From Trichinella spiralis (Eukaryota), in NCBI RefSeq assembly GCF_000181795.1, contig NW_003526941.1, positions 6,501,659-6,536,637 on the forward strand: a stretch of DNA of 34,979 nucleotides, read 5' to 3'. Shown in pieces: positions 1 through 13,800 of this stretch (position 1 is the first letter of the stretch; each line of letters opens with the position of its first letter). The notes under the pieces are model-generated. The model was not told the DNA's origin. It worked only from the letters and a program-made list of their open reading frames with translations, and did no database searches. The position numbers and the translations under genes were made by a program.

Positions 1-2206
1 GTTGAGATTTAACGAGCAGAATAACAATTTTCGTGGTTTCGGTTTTGTCGGCTTTCAAAATGCGGACAATGCAAAGGCGGCCAAAAATGCACTGGACAAT
101 ACTTTCGTGAAAAGTTCCAAAATTAAAGTATGAGTGTATATGAATTCTTTTTTTTCTGATGATGATGCTGTAATATCGCAGGTAGAATATTGCCATCCGT
201 TGTGTTCGAGCGTTTCTAAAAACGATAAACGTGTACAAAGTAAAAGTAAAAGCGTCGCTTCGGGTAAAACTGTAATTCGCATCCAGTGTCAATTTCCGTT
301 GAAAAGAAAACACTTGCTGGTATTTTTGTCGCCGATAAAACCTTGCAAAATTATTCTCGTCGACGACGGTTTAACAGCTTTGGTCCATTTGCAACGAAAA
401 GGCGACGCGACGGCAATTATCAAACGCAACGGTAGTTATATATGTGGCAACAAAATTGAAATTACCCTAGACGACAAAACTTCTGCCCATCATGAAGACG
501 ACAAAAATGCCTTCAGTTCAAAACGTCGTCAATATCCAGCTGAAAATCCAAAACAGCAAGCAGATTTGATTGCAGAAAGTGGATGCATATTTTTGCGCAA
601 TTTACCCTATCAGTGCACGGAGGAGGATTTGAAAAATTGGTTGAAAACGTTCGGCCCGATTGCCGAAGTGAATTTTCACGTCGATTCGAAAACCGGCAAG
701 CCCAAAGGTTTTGCCCTGGTGAAGTTTGTATTTCCGGAAAATGCGCTGAAAGTTTTCACCGAATGCGACGGTTCAATTTTTCAAGGAAGAGTAGTTCACA
801 TCTTGGCGGGTGAGTTGTTTTTTGAACGTGACATTGAACAAAATATTGAAATTATAATAAGAAAATTTTCAGGTTTCGAAAATGAAGATGAAACGAAAAA
901 TGCCAAAAGTGAAGAAGATGACGACGACGGTACAGTAACATTCAAAGAAGCCAAAGAACGAAAGCAACAACAAGCCGCTTCCGACAAACGAACTTGGAAT
1001 AGTCTATTTCTGGGCGTGAATGCGGTGGCGGATATCATGGCAGAAACGTTGGACGTGGAAAAGGGCGCCATTTTGAATGTCCACTGCCATTCGAGCTTGG
1101 GCGTTCGTATGGCGTTGGGTGAGAGTCGCATTGTGCGCGAAACGAGAGAATTTTTGGAACAAAATGGCGTTCAATTGGAAAGCTTTTCGGGCAATTTGGT
1201 CACCAAACGCAGCACAAATGTGATGTTGGTGAAAAATTTGCCCGCCAAAACGGAAACCGCCCAAATCCGACGTCTGTTTGGCAAATTTGGTCGCCTCGGA
1301 CGAGTGGTTCTACCGCCGAGCGGTTTGACGGCCATTGTGGAATTTTTGCTCGACTCGGACGCGAAAGCGGCTTTTCAAAATTTAGCTTTCAAACGGTTCG
1401 GCAAGACGGCGTTGTTCTTGGAATGGGCACCGGATGATGTGTTCAGTTCCAAATTGGACTCGGCTAAAGCGACTGGAGAAGAGGAAAAGCAAGAAGCAAA
1501 TGAACAACAACAACAACAACAAGCAGACAACAATAACAGATTGTTTGTGAAAAATTTAAGTGCTGACACTAGTGATGAAGATTTGGCTGAATTTTTCAAA
1601 AAAATTGGACCCGTATTGTCGGCAACAGTGGCGAAAAAATACTGCAAATCCACTGCAGGCAAAATGATACAGTGTTCTTCGTTGAGGTATGGTTTCGTGG
1701 AATACGAAAACGACCAGCACGCTCAGGAAGCGATCCGGAGATTGCAGAATGGTGAATTGAAAGGTTCAATTATTCAAATTCAATTATCCAAACGGCAGAC
1801 GAGCAGCAGTTCGAGTGTTGTTGACAGACAGTCGTCAATTGTACCGTACAGTGAAAAGACAAAGCCCAAATCGCAGACGAAAATTATCGTACGAAATATA
1901 CCGTTCCAGGCGAGTGTTAAGGAAATTACCAAATTGTTCAAAGTGTTCGGCAATGTCCAGAGTGTCCGATTGCCGAAGAAATCGCCCAATGGTCAGCATA
2001 GGGGATTCGGATTTGTCGAGTTCAATTGCAAAGCGGACGCGGAAAAAGCGTTCAAACATCTCGGCGTCAGTACTCATTTGTACGGTCGACGTTTGGTATT
2101 GGAATGGGCCGATTTGGAAGGTGATTTGCAAGAACTGCGTGATAAAACTGCCGAATATTTCACACTGGGATCCAGGAGGAAGAAAGTGAAATTTGAAATT
2201 GAATAA
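1..2206 (+). CDS. RBM19: RBM19/Mrd1/RBD-1 multiple-RRM 40S ribosome biogenesis factor, 5'-partial; exons <1-127, 182-809, 873-2206
   Basis: Frame 2 from nt 2 reads LRFNEQNNNFRGFGFVGFQ (RNP1 of RRM1). A GT-AG intron at 128-181 contains an in-frame stop; a second GTGAGT..TTTTCAG intron lies at 810-872. Six RRM-like units are present, with family linker motifs (IAESGCIFLRNLPY, TWNSLFLGVNAVAD, VRMALGESRIVRETREFL, THLYGRRLVLEWA). About 695 aa are visible. Confidence 0.93.
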
Positions 2207-2226
2207 GTAGATCGAATTGTTGTTGG

Positions 2227-2239
2227 TTTATTCATTAAA
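2227..2239. terminator. Back-to-back polyadenylation signals for convergent RBM19 (ATTAAA 2234-2239, +) and COG2 (AATAAA 2232-2227, -)
   Basis: Both hexamers lie in the 50-nt gap between the two stop codons. Confidence 0.45.
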
Positions 2240-2256
2240 CAAAATCCATTATTCTT

Positions 2257-4362
2257 TTATTTATTATTGGTTAATATCTCGTCAAACACAGAAGTGTCAA
2301 CTTGTACAGCAACAGGCAGTGCTTGGAGAAGACGTTTCGCTTCTTCCAAATCCAGACGCAGTTGCAGTTTGATTTTCGCATCGTCGCTGACAGTGGTCAA
2401 CTGTGGCTCATCTCCGACGGCAGCCGATCGGCCGGATCTTTTCAACTTGATCAAACTGTTCGACACTTTCTCAACCGAATCGATCACCTCTCTGGCTTGT
2501 TTCAAATAATTGCTGATCGCCTGTTTCAAGGCAATCTCAACCGTTTTTTGCATCATATTTTTTTGATCATTGGCATTTTTTGGTGGGAAAATTCTACAAA
2601 AACGATCCACCAACGCGAAACTGTCACCAACGTAAGACAATGCCGCTTCCGGTACGCTTTTTCTCGTCCAACGGTACAATCTTGGAATGTCGACGACGGT
2701 CGACAATTTTCCGTCCATTCTTTTCAACAGCCAATTCGACAATACTGTCTCACAAGTGACCGTTACGATCTCGTCCAATTGGGCCACGGTTTTCTCTAGA
2801 CCCTGTTCCCAGAGTGGGCGTAGTTGTGGAAAATTGCCAAGTTGAAATCCAATGCGCAATTTGCATATTTCAGAACAACGTTGGCAAAAATTGCAAGCTT
2901 CGTTCAAAAATAGCACAACGTTGTTCAGAATATATTTCTCCTGGTTGGCCGTGGTTTGGACCAAATCCGATTGGTCAGTTTGTTCAAACTCGAGCTGGTC
3001 AATATTTTCCAAACATTGTTTCTTGTAGTTTAGTAAAAAATTTCCATAACTGTTCAACACATCGTACGTCAACTCGAGACAGCACGAAGCCAACGGCAGC
3101 AGGAAATTCTTGCACCAAATTTGTTCAATACAATTTTCAACAACTTCATGCAACTGAAAATGGTACTTGTTTTTCGACTCTCCACCGCTGATCACTTGGT
3201 CGCACCGTTTCAAGTGAAAACCGTTTTCCATCACCGCTTCCAGTTGACTTTGGATATTCTGGTAGCAGAGTTGGTAATAAACGCGCAGGTCGAATTTCGC
3301 ATAAATGCCGTGCAACAAGTCGCGCGTGCTGCGTGAAATTGGTTTTTCCGTTTCGACAAAATTGGCGGCAAATTTGGTGAACACTTGAAAACCACGACGA
3401 AAATCTTCAACATCCGTCGGAATGTAAACCGATTTCATGTTCTTGTCCACGAATCCAATAACTGCCGTCAACAAACAATCGACAAAGAAATTTGCATACT
3501 TGGCATTTTCACTTTCGTCAGCAAACAGTTGTCGGTATTGGTGGTGCAATTTGAAAAATTTATCCAAAACTCGTTTCAACAATTCCGACACGTTACTTTT
3601 GTTCCACTCTTGTTGCAGCAGTTCGCTGAAATTCGGTACAATCAATTGGTCGATGAAGATTCGCTGCATGGCTTGGTGACCATTGGCCGCGCAGAACAGG
3701 TCGAACAACAGCTTGAACTGAGCGCACCGTTTCCCATCAAATGCTTCCAACAGTCCACTTTCGAACTTCTCCTGCACGCATTGTTCAATCGAACCCAACG
3801 CCTGTTCCAAACATCGCTTCAAGCTGTCCTCACTGTCGCACTGTTCAATCAGAGCTCGGGCTTGGAATATGTAGGCGATCAATTTGCCAATGCCGAAATA
3901 TTTCCACTCGTCCCGGCTTTCTTCAAGTATCGTCTGCAGTAAAAGTTTGCTCTCTTCCAAGCATGTCATCGTTCTCATCCGGCGCATCGTTCGGCCAACG
4001 TCCTCGGACACTTTGTACCTCTGTTTCAACTTTTCCCTGAGTTTGGCGCCCATCGTGACCACATCTTCGGTCAGTAGGTTGAAATTCGCCGCCGCCTGTT
4101 CAGCACAGTGGACCAGAGCGTCGACTGTCGACTGCACGTTGGCCAAACTCGACGACAATTGTACAAATTCCACGTAGTCTTCGTTGATCATTTCCACCAT
4201 ACTGTTCTGCAAACTTTTCAAGTAAATTCCAAGATCGCCACGAATTCGTTCCAAACTGTAACTACGATCCAGACAATCGCGAACAAGCTGCAGCACGTCG
4301 AAACTGTCCTGCGTGAAGGCCGAACAATCGAAAGCTAAATTTTTCCACTCTTCTTCCACCAT
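2257..4362 (-). CDS. COG2: Conserved oligomeric Golgi complex subunit 2 (single exon, 701 aa)
   Basis: Uninterrupted ORF. N-terminal COG2 signature FDCSAFTQDSFDV..LERIRGDLGIYLKSLQNSMVEMINEDYVEFVQLSSSL; C-terminal DIPRLYRWTRKSVP and SDDAKIKLQLRLD motifs. Confidence 0.92.
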   Translation of the reverse strand: MVEEEWKNLAFDCSAFTQDSFDVLQLVRDCLDRSYSLERIRGDLGIYLKSLQNSMVEMINEDYVEFVQLSSSLANVQSTVDALVHCAEQAAANFNLLTEDVVTMGAKLREKLKQRYKVSEDVGRTMRRMRTMTCLEESKLLLQTILEESRDEWKYFGIGKLIAYIFQARALIEQCDSEDSLKRCLEQALGSIEQCVQEKFESGLLEAFDGKRCAQFKLLFDLFCAANGHQAMQRIFIDQLIVPNFSELLQQEWNKSNVSELLKRVLDKFFKLHHQYRQLFADESENAKYANFFVDCLLTAVIGFVDKNMKSVYIPTDVEDFRRGFQVFTKFAANFVETEKPISRSTRDLLHGIYAKFDLRVYYQLCYQNIQSQLEAVMENGFHLKRCDQVISGGESKNKYHFQLHEVVENCIEQIWCKNFLLPLASCCLELTYDVLNSYGNFLLNYKKQCLENIDQLEFEQTDQSDLVQTTANQEKYILNNVVLFLNEACNFCQRCSEICKLRIGFQLGNFPQLRPLWEQGLEKTVAQLDEIVTVTCETVLSNWLLKRMDGKLSTVVDIPRLYRWTRKSVPEAALSYVGDSFALVDRFCRIFPPKNANDQKNMMQKTVEIALKQAISNYLKQAREVIDSVEKVSNSLIKLKRSGRSAAVGDEPQLTTVSDDAKIKLQLRLDLEEAKRLLQALPVAVQVDTSVFDEILTNNK

Positions 4363-4937
4363 ATTTCAAAAATTGCAATCGAAAAATAACAAACAATTTA
4401 TCGTCAATTGACAGAACAATTAAAATAATTTCCAACTATTGACAATCTAATTGATGTGATTTTCCACTTTTATATTTTGCACATTTTACGATTACAGTAA
4501 TTCATGTATCGTATGAACGTGATTTTCAGGCTGAATATCACAAAAATATATTGTGCCTTAATATACTTTAACTGAAAATTATATACACAATTGTTGAGGA
4601 AATTTTAAATAAAAAAATTACTTTATATGAATCATATTGTTGACACTGCGCAATGCTTCAACTCGAAACATTCAACAGGTAATTCAAAGCGGCATACATT
4701 TGATTTTTCTTCGTTGACTTTTAAAACACAATTCATAACAGTAATTATTTTAATACTGTTTCTTTATTTTCTTTTCAATATTCATGCTCCCCAGGCTGTC
4801 AATTAAGCGACAGTCAAGGTGCGTCAAGTGGGGATTTTCGAACAGAGTTCTTTTCACGTGTACAGTTTAGCATAGTTGACAGAACATGAAGAATATTGAA
4901 TATGAAGCAAATAAAACAGTTCATCGTCGTCAGCAAT

Positions 4938-6421
4938 TCAGAAAAACGGTGGACGGTTACCCGTCACAGCAGATTCTTCTTCACATGGTCCAGCCGATAA
5001 TCTGTAAACGGCCAATTCACTTATGCCATGATAATGAACAAACGCCGCTGCCACGACGAACAAATGAAAAAGCTGGTGCGATTGACACTACAAATAACAA
5101 AAGTCAATTATGGTTAATTTTATGGTTAAGAGAAAATTTTATTTTTACCCAAATATCACATTTTCCAGGAAAAAAGCGTTCTGGCACACGCAAAGCATAC
5201 AAAATAGCTCCGGAAATGTACAGCACTGCCATAAGCATCAACCATCCAAACGATGCTTCATTAAATGCCGAATATACACCTTCCGTCACAAAATAATGCA
5301 CACATGGTATAATTCCACATAAGCCAAGAGAAACAAACATTACTGAAAAAAGTGAAAAGAATTAATTTTTCGAAAAATTAATTCGTGAAACAAATAATTA
5401 CTTGTTCTAGTAGGCCGATGCTGTGGAGAGGAGAATTGATCAATTAACGATACAATAACACAACCAGTGCCTAAAATCACGATGAAAACTGTGTAAAATA
5501 TTTTCACTCCACGTCGACAATAAAAGCCGTAGAACAGCCATGGCACAAATGATCCCACTATCAACAACGATATTCCGCAATAATCTAGCCTAAATGAAAA
5601 AAAAAATAAACAAAGAAAACAATTATATATATATATATATATTATATGTATATGTTAGTTAATAATATAATTTTCAAACTAACTTGCTAAATATTTTCAC
5701 AACACGCTCAGAATGACAAGAGACTGTATGGAAAGCGCTGGAAAATCCAAGACACGTAATGGCGCTCAAAAAGAACACTGAAAAGACAAGCTTCTCCTGC
5801 CACTGCACTTCTGTTTCTGGTCTGGACAGAAAATAAGCCGCCACTCCAATAAACGTTGCGCATCCCAACATGTGAGTCCAGATATTACCAGTTTCAGTGT
5901 GTAATCGAAATATCGACTTGAAACAAGCGTTGAAAGACGGCAGCGGTGGACGATGTCCAGATTTGAGAAAATCATTATCTCTAAGCCATTCCGGAAGTGA
6001 ATGGAAATGAGTTACTGTCCAAGATGCTTCCCAAACCTACAACAAACAATTATTGTAGAAAATATGCACTGTTGTGCTCGATCTTGCGCTTTACCTTTTT
6101 GACAAACATTTCAGCATTCTCTTTAGCAGTATCAAAAGATGGAAAGCAAAAATAATCTTCCACTTCCAAATCGTCCACCTCATCTTGATCGTACAAAATT
6201 TTCTGTTCGTAATGAATTTCCAGTTCTTTCTTGTCATTTTCCATCATCAATCGTGATCTAAGCTCCGTTTCATCGCACCATGGCAAAACTGGTCTGCAGG
6301 ACGTCTCATCTAGCATACCTTCGCAAGCATCTTGAAATTCTTCACTATCCGATTCAGAAGTTCGACAAACATTATCCGGATGTTGGACAATTATTTCGAT
6401 TGGTACTGGAGGCTTTTCCAT
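4938..6421 (-). CDS. Adiponectin receptor / PAQR family 7-TM protein (paqr-1/paqr-2-like), ~403 aa; exons 6421-6095, 6036-5684, 5589-5402, 5342-5149, 5087-4938
   Basis: Phase-consistent GT-AG splicing gives LPEWLRDNDFLKSGHRPPLPSF..IFRLHTETGNIWTH, FSSAFHT, KLDYCGI, RVPERFFPGKCDIWCQSHQLFH, the AdipoR signatures with Zn-binding His residues intact. The ATG sits directly after a TTTAAG acceptor, so an upstream exon or trans-splice is possible. Confidence 0.93.
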
Positions 6422-8711
6422 CTTAAATAAATTAAAAATACTCATTAAATTTATTTTTTCACTATGCTCCCTCTTATCTTTAAAACACATTTTTGAATAG
6501 TTTAAAACCAACAAATGCAATTGTCAATAACAAAATGAGCAAAGCTAAAACACTAAGCAAATTCGATTTTATAACAAATTTTCAAAATTCAAAAGTCGAA
6601 ACCACTTTCAGTGCAAACCAGACAGAATTAGAAACTAGACAGACAAGAATAACACAGCATGCATAACGAGGGTGCGCATTTTTGGAAGTTGACGTAATTA
6701 CTCAGAGCAAAACGAAAATTCACAGTTATACTGAGAATAAAATTAATTTCAAACACAAATAGTATTTGTTAAATTTTAATAATGAGAAATTTTTATTCAT
6801 ATAAATTGGTAAACATTTCATGCTTTTGTAATAAAAGCATAAGAAAGAAAAAAGAAAAATTCTATCGTCACTGCCTATTGAACAAATTAAGCAATTACAC
6901 TATGTTAATAATAAACTAATGCTCTCAAATGCAAATATAAATTGATAAACCAGAATAGCTTCAATTAAGAAGCCTAAAGCTACAATAATATACATAACAC
7001 AATATGCTTTTGAAAAGTTGAAATCTATGAAACAATTTTTAGCAATGCACAATTTTACATTTCTTTAAAACGAAAAGTTTTACATGATTCTAGAAATATA
7101 TAAAAATGAACTGAAAATTTAAAAAAATTTGTGTCATTGAAAAACAAGTGCAAGCTTGAATGCATAATGTAAAACAACAGAAAAAGCGAACCAATCTAGT
7201 ACATTATAAAAACAGAAAATAAAAAACACTCAAAGAATGCTCGTTGTGCTATCTGGCGAAAGATACTTGTTTCAATTATACAAAAATTAATTTCGCTTTC
7301 AAGACTAATATACAATAAACAAAGCTCCAAAAGAGCACACTTATCTCACTCACTAATCAATCCTGCAAACCTCACTTATTTTGTCGGTCATTACTGTCAG
7401 TAATCTGAACAAATGTAGGTTGGACTACACAAATGTAGAGATAAAAAGTGAAGTCTTTATTTGCAATTCTTTTGTAAATAAAATAAATTTTTAAGCAAAA
7501 CTTTTTTAAAAGTTTTACAAAAAAGAATAACTTTAATTTACTTATGATGCAGCTAAATAAGAAATAATAATAAATGTAACTAACTCGCCAATAGAGACAA
7601 ACGGTTACTGTTAACAATCACTTAACAAAGACAACAAACATCAAATCATACTGTCGATAATAGACTTGAAGATCGTTAACTTTACATATTTATGATTCTT
7701 ATAAAGCATCTTTTGCTTTGTTCTGCCAAATTCTAGCGAAATAATTTTTTCCTTATGATATTTAAAGATTTAAAATAAACATATCATACAAAGAAACACG
7801 ATTTTTCAACAATGCATTTATCATTATTCGTTCAACTATTTAAATATTAAACGATAAATTTTACTGACACCAAAAATATTATTTTTATCCTAATATTGCA
7901 CATTATGTTCAGGCCGTAATCGCAAATTTAGCTGTTTTATCAACAACAACAACAGTTGGCATAAAAGTCAACAGAACTAACAATAAGAAAGATGTAAATA
8001 TTTATGTACGTAAACGCGAATAAACAAAATGCTGATCAGCATTAAATATAGATTTTTAAAGTTAATGAACCTAGAACAAGGAAGTAACAATGATATGCAT
8101 GTTTAAAGCAAAAATATTATGGAATAAATTCAACTTATGCAAAAATTTATACTTTTAACACTTGAATTTTTAAACATCAAAACGTAATTCTTATACCATG
8201 AAATGTTATATTTATTTTATCTATTTCAGAGAGCGATATATATCGTACTAAATCTGTTGACCAGTCGTCTTCAATAAAAGTTGTTTATTAGTTATTAACA
8301 GCATAAAAACTCAAAACAATTAATCAGTTAAAAAAGAATTAATAAATGTCACTTAATTAAAATAAACATTATATGACTGAATTCTTTTATACAATAAAAA
8401 AATACAATAAAAATAAGAATAGTAATATTGCTTACAATTTTTGAGTTCCGCCTGCGGAAGTCTAGTCACAGCCAGAAGCAGAAATGCAGCTTCCAAGAAA
8501 GCAGAACAGGAAATAAAACGAAAATCCCCTCTGACAACTTGTTTGGCTAAACGCTTTCCATTGTCATAAACACGTTGTGACAGTAAGATTGTTAAGCAAC
8601 AAAGTAATACTTGACTATCACAAAATAACGGATTACTGTGTTATTTAAGTTTTTCAGATCAGTTTAGTTGTTTTCTTTTCTGGAATTTTTTATGCGAGAG
8701 TTTTAAAATTG

Positions 8712-10833
<2,122 letters not shown>

Positions 10834-13800
10834 GGCGTGGCGAGGCCACAAATGAGAAAGTTTGTTATCTCATTTATTATATATATGAATATTTGAGCAA
10901 AAATATTTGTCACTTTGTCTCACATATTTGCCTTTTAAATGTACATTGGTGTAATTATATTTGTAATGCTGAATGCTTTTTTCTTTTTTTGTAGTTACAC
11001 TCGAAATAATAAAGAAAACTCTTCGATTTGTTTATTGCCAATTTCATACCATCAACGTCCGTACAGTCTGAGGAAGAAAAGATAATTAATTTTTGCATTA
11101 AAAAATATTATTTTTCGACAAATCACAAAGTACGGTTTTTGCTCGTCTGCAACAGTGAAATTATTTGAGACGAATGGGCAGTGGATATTGTCAACAGTAA
11201 CGGGATATCGTTAATAATTTATCAAGTAATCAAGTCCAGTGCATCTAGGTTCGCTATTATGAATCAGATCTGCAAATTTTAAATCTGCCAACTGACCAGC
11301 ATAATTTGCAATAATCAAGCAGCTAGAAATTGAAATATGAATTTTGCCTAGAAAATGGTATTTCAAAATTAGAAATTTACTTTTTATTTTATTTTGTTTC
11401 CTTTTTTTTGCTGCTTAGGATGGTAGTGTTCAAGCTCGAAAATTTGACAGCAACAGTCGACCACAGTATGCGCTGAACACTTGAAGCACATATCAGTACT
11501 GTGAACATTCTTGGAGAAGGAGGGAAAAAAACGTACGTGGCATATGAAATTTTCCTTTCCTTCGTTTAGTATCAGCTACTATTCAGAGAGCTTAAATCAG
11601 AAGTGGGCTTTTGAAATAATTTTCTGAGAATTTTTAGATCTCTCTAATTATTTGGCCGTAACATGCAAAGAATATCCGGACAGTGTTAATAATTATACGC
11701 AATGGCTCTTCCAATAAGTGAACAACAACAAAAGCTTCTTGCACTGCTTTCATGATCCGCAATTTTATTCATTAATTCCGTTCAACTATTCTGAAAATGT
11801 GACAAGTAGCAAAGTATAGAAGTTATTCTTTCCGGAACTTTTATTGCATCTCTGTTCTTCCAGTTACCATTTATCACAATTTCTAAAGTAATGTTTCTTT
11901 TGCATAATTTGCTTTTATTATTGTTTTATTTTCACTTGGCACAGGCTAACTTGAAATCACAAACCATCCATACCTATCAGAAGTTGAATTTCTGAATTCA
12001 ATATTTGGCAAAAGTATTCTGATTTGCGAACTGTGGTCTGCATTCATTTCCGATTCCTTGATCCTGAAATTAATTTTGGTAAGTAACGTTTACATTCATT
12101 TTTTATTTAAAATTTATTACTGTTACATAATCAGAAGATGTGTATATGAGGTGGAGGAGATTGGTGTTAGTTCCATTTCCAAAAATATACAGTTTGCATA
12201 GTTCTTATATGACTGATTTCATATAAATACATGATACGCGTTTATATGATATTCCAGGTTTACTAGCGTTATAAAAATTGTCTATTATTGATTGCTTTTA
12301 CAGTTTTGACTGCATTGCATATTGACTGTTTTAATTACAACTCTTCTTTTTACTACACTAGTTTTTATACACGCAGTATGTATTTATTATCAATTTGCAG
12401 AAAATTGTACGAACGTTATTTTGAATTTTTCATTGAACCTATGTATAGTTTTTAATTATTCACTGGTAATTACTTTGATTTTCATAACTTTGATATTGAA
12501 AATGTTGATAAAAAGTTTATTTACGTAAGTTTTCATTTACGTATGTTGCATAATGAGCTTAGGCAAGTCAGATAGGCGGCTGTTTTGTTAAACTTCCGCA
12601 TTTGAGATTGTTGTAATCATCTTAAAAATTGATGCACATCCGCTGCAAAGATACCCCCGTCTGATAGTGTTTTCTTCACCAGTGGAAAGTGCGCGTTAAA
12701 AGTTGTCACCTTGGAAAATTAGTTTGATGAAAAATTGTCTTTTTTAATTAAGTTAATGCAAGTTGTCATTTTGATTAATACTTTTAGTGGACAACCGATA
12801 GACAGATAGATAGATCTATACACCTTAAAGTAGTGAAAAAATTTTTTCTTCGTCACCTGTCTTCATCTAATAATCATAATGCTAAAGAAAACTGTTGTAT
12901 TTGCAAGCATATTACAATTATTTATACATATGTAAAGATGTGTTATTTGTTTAGCTGAATATTCATTTACATAATATTACTGTAGTCAAATTGGAAAGTG
13001 ATTTTCAAGGATTCTCTTTTGGCGTGTCAAATAATGAATTTAGTATTCGATAAAGCGATAGATTTGCTGATAAATTATAGATAGATAATTGGAATGGGCG
13101 ATTGATAATTCTTTTGTGTTGACATTAATTGCTACCGTGATTTGACGCTTCAATGCAAGGCTTCTTTTAGAAATTTTCATCTACCTTTACCATGATTATC
13201 TAATGAACTTTTAATAAACTTTCGTTGTCAATTGTATTTACGCTTTAGCATATGCGCATGAATTGTATGAAGGACATGCATTTATATGATGAACAAAATG
13301 GACATGAAATGAATTGCTTAAATGAGGAAGTGAAATTTGTAAAAGGAAACAAATAAATAAACACGCTGTGATTTTATTTTTCAAAATGGACGAATTGCTT
13401 TAGTTCCATGATAAAAATCTGTTTTCCAATCTACAGGGAATCCAAGAATATATAACCCAGCGCTTCGGATAATTCATTTTTGTTATTACTTTTTGTCTCT
13501 GTTGAATTTCTTGAAATGGGCATTTAAATTTTAAGTAATGTTTCTAAAAGACTTTGTTATTAAAAAAATTAATAAACACGATTTGCTAAATGTCACATGC
13601 AGTCTGTTGTGAAAGTCAATACAAGCGGCTTTTCAACAACGCGTGCTCAGTGAGAATGATCATACATGGTGGGGGGGGGGAATATTTTTGAAAATAAATT
13701 TTATTAAATTCAGTTTTCCAGTCATTTCATAATTTGGAATAGAGAGATGATCAACAATTATTATTATTATTATTATATTTTTTGTTTGTATAATAATATT

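Noticed and set aside
134..181. ORF-track start MYMNSFFSDDDAVISQ for RBM19
   Set aside because: It lies inside intron 128-181; the real reading frame continues upstream beyond the window.
55..4338. Many 60-185 aa overlapping or antisense ORFs over RBM19 and COG2
   Set aside because: They are shadow frames of GC-richer coding sequence with no recognisable motifs.
4886..5296. 136-aa plus-strand ORF
   Set aside because: It is antisense to the last two PAQR exons and has no independent signature.
11410..12085. Exon-like segments with AG/GT boundaries downstream of Crk
   Set aside because: Every frame I tried hit stops quickly. It could be non-coding transcript, but this cannot be supported from sequence.
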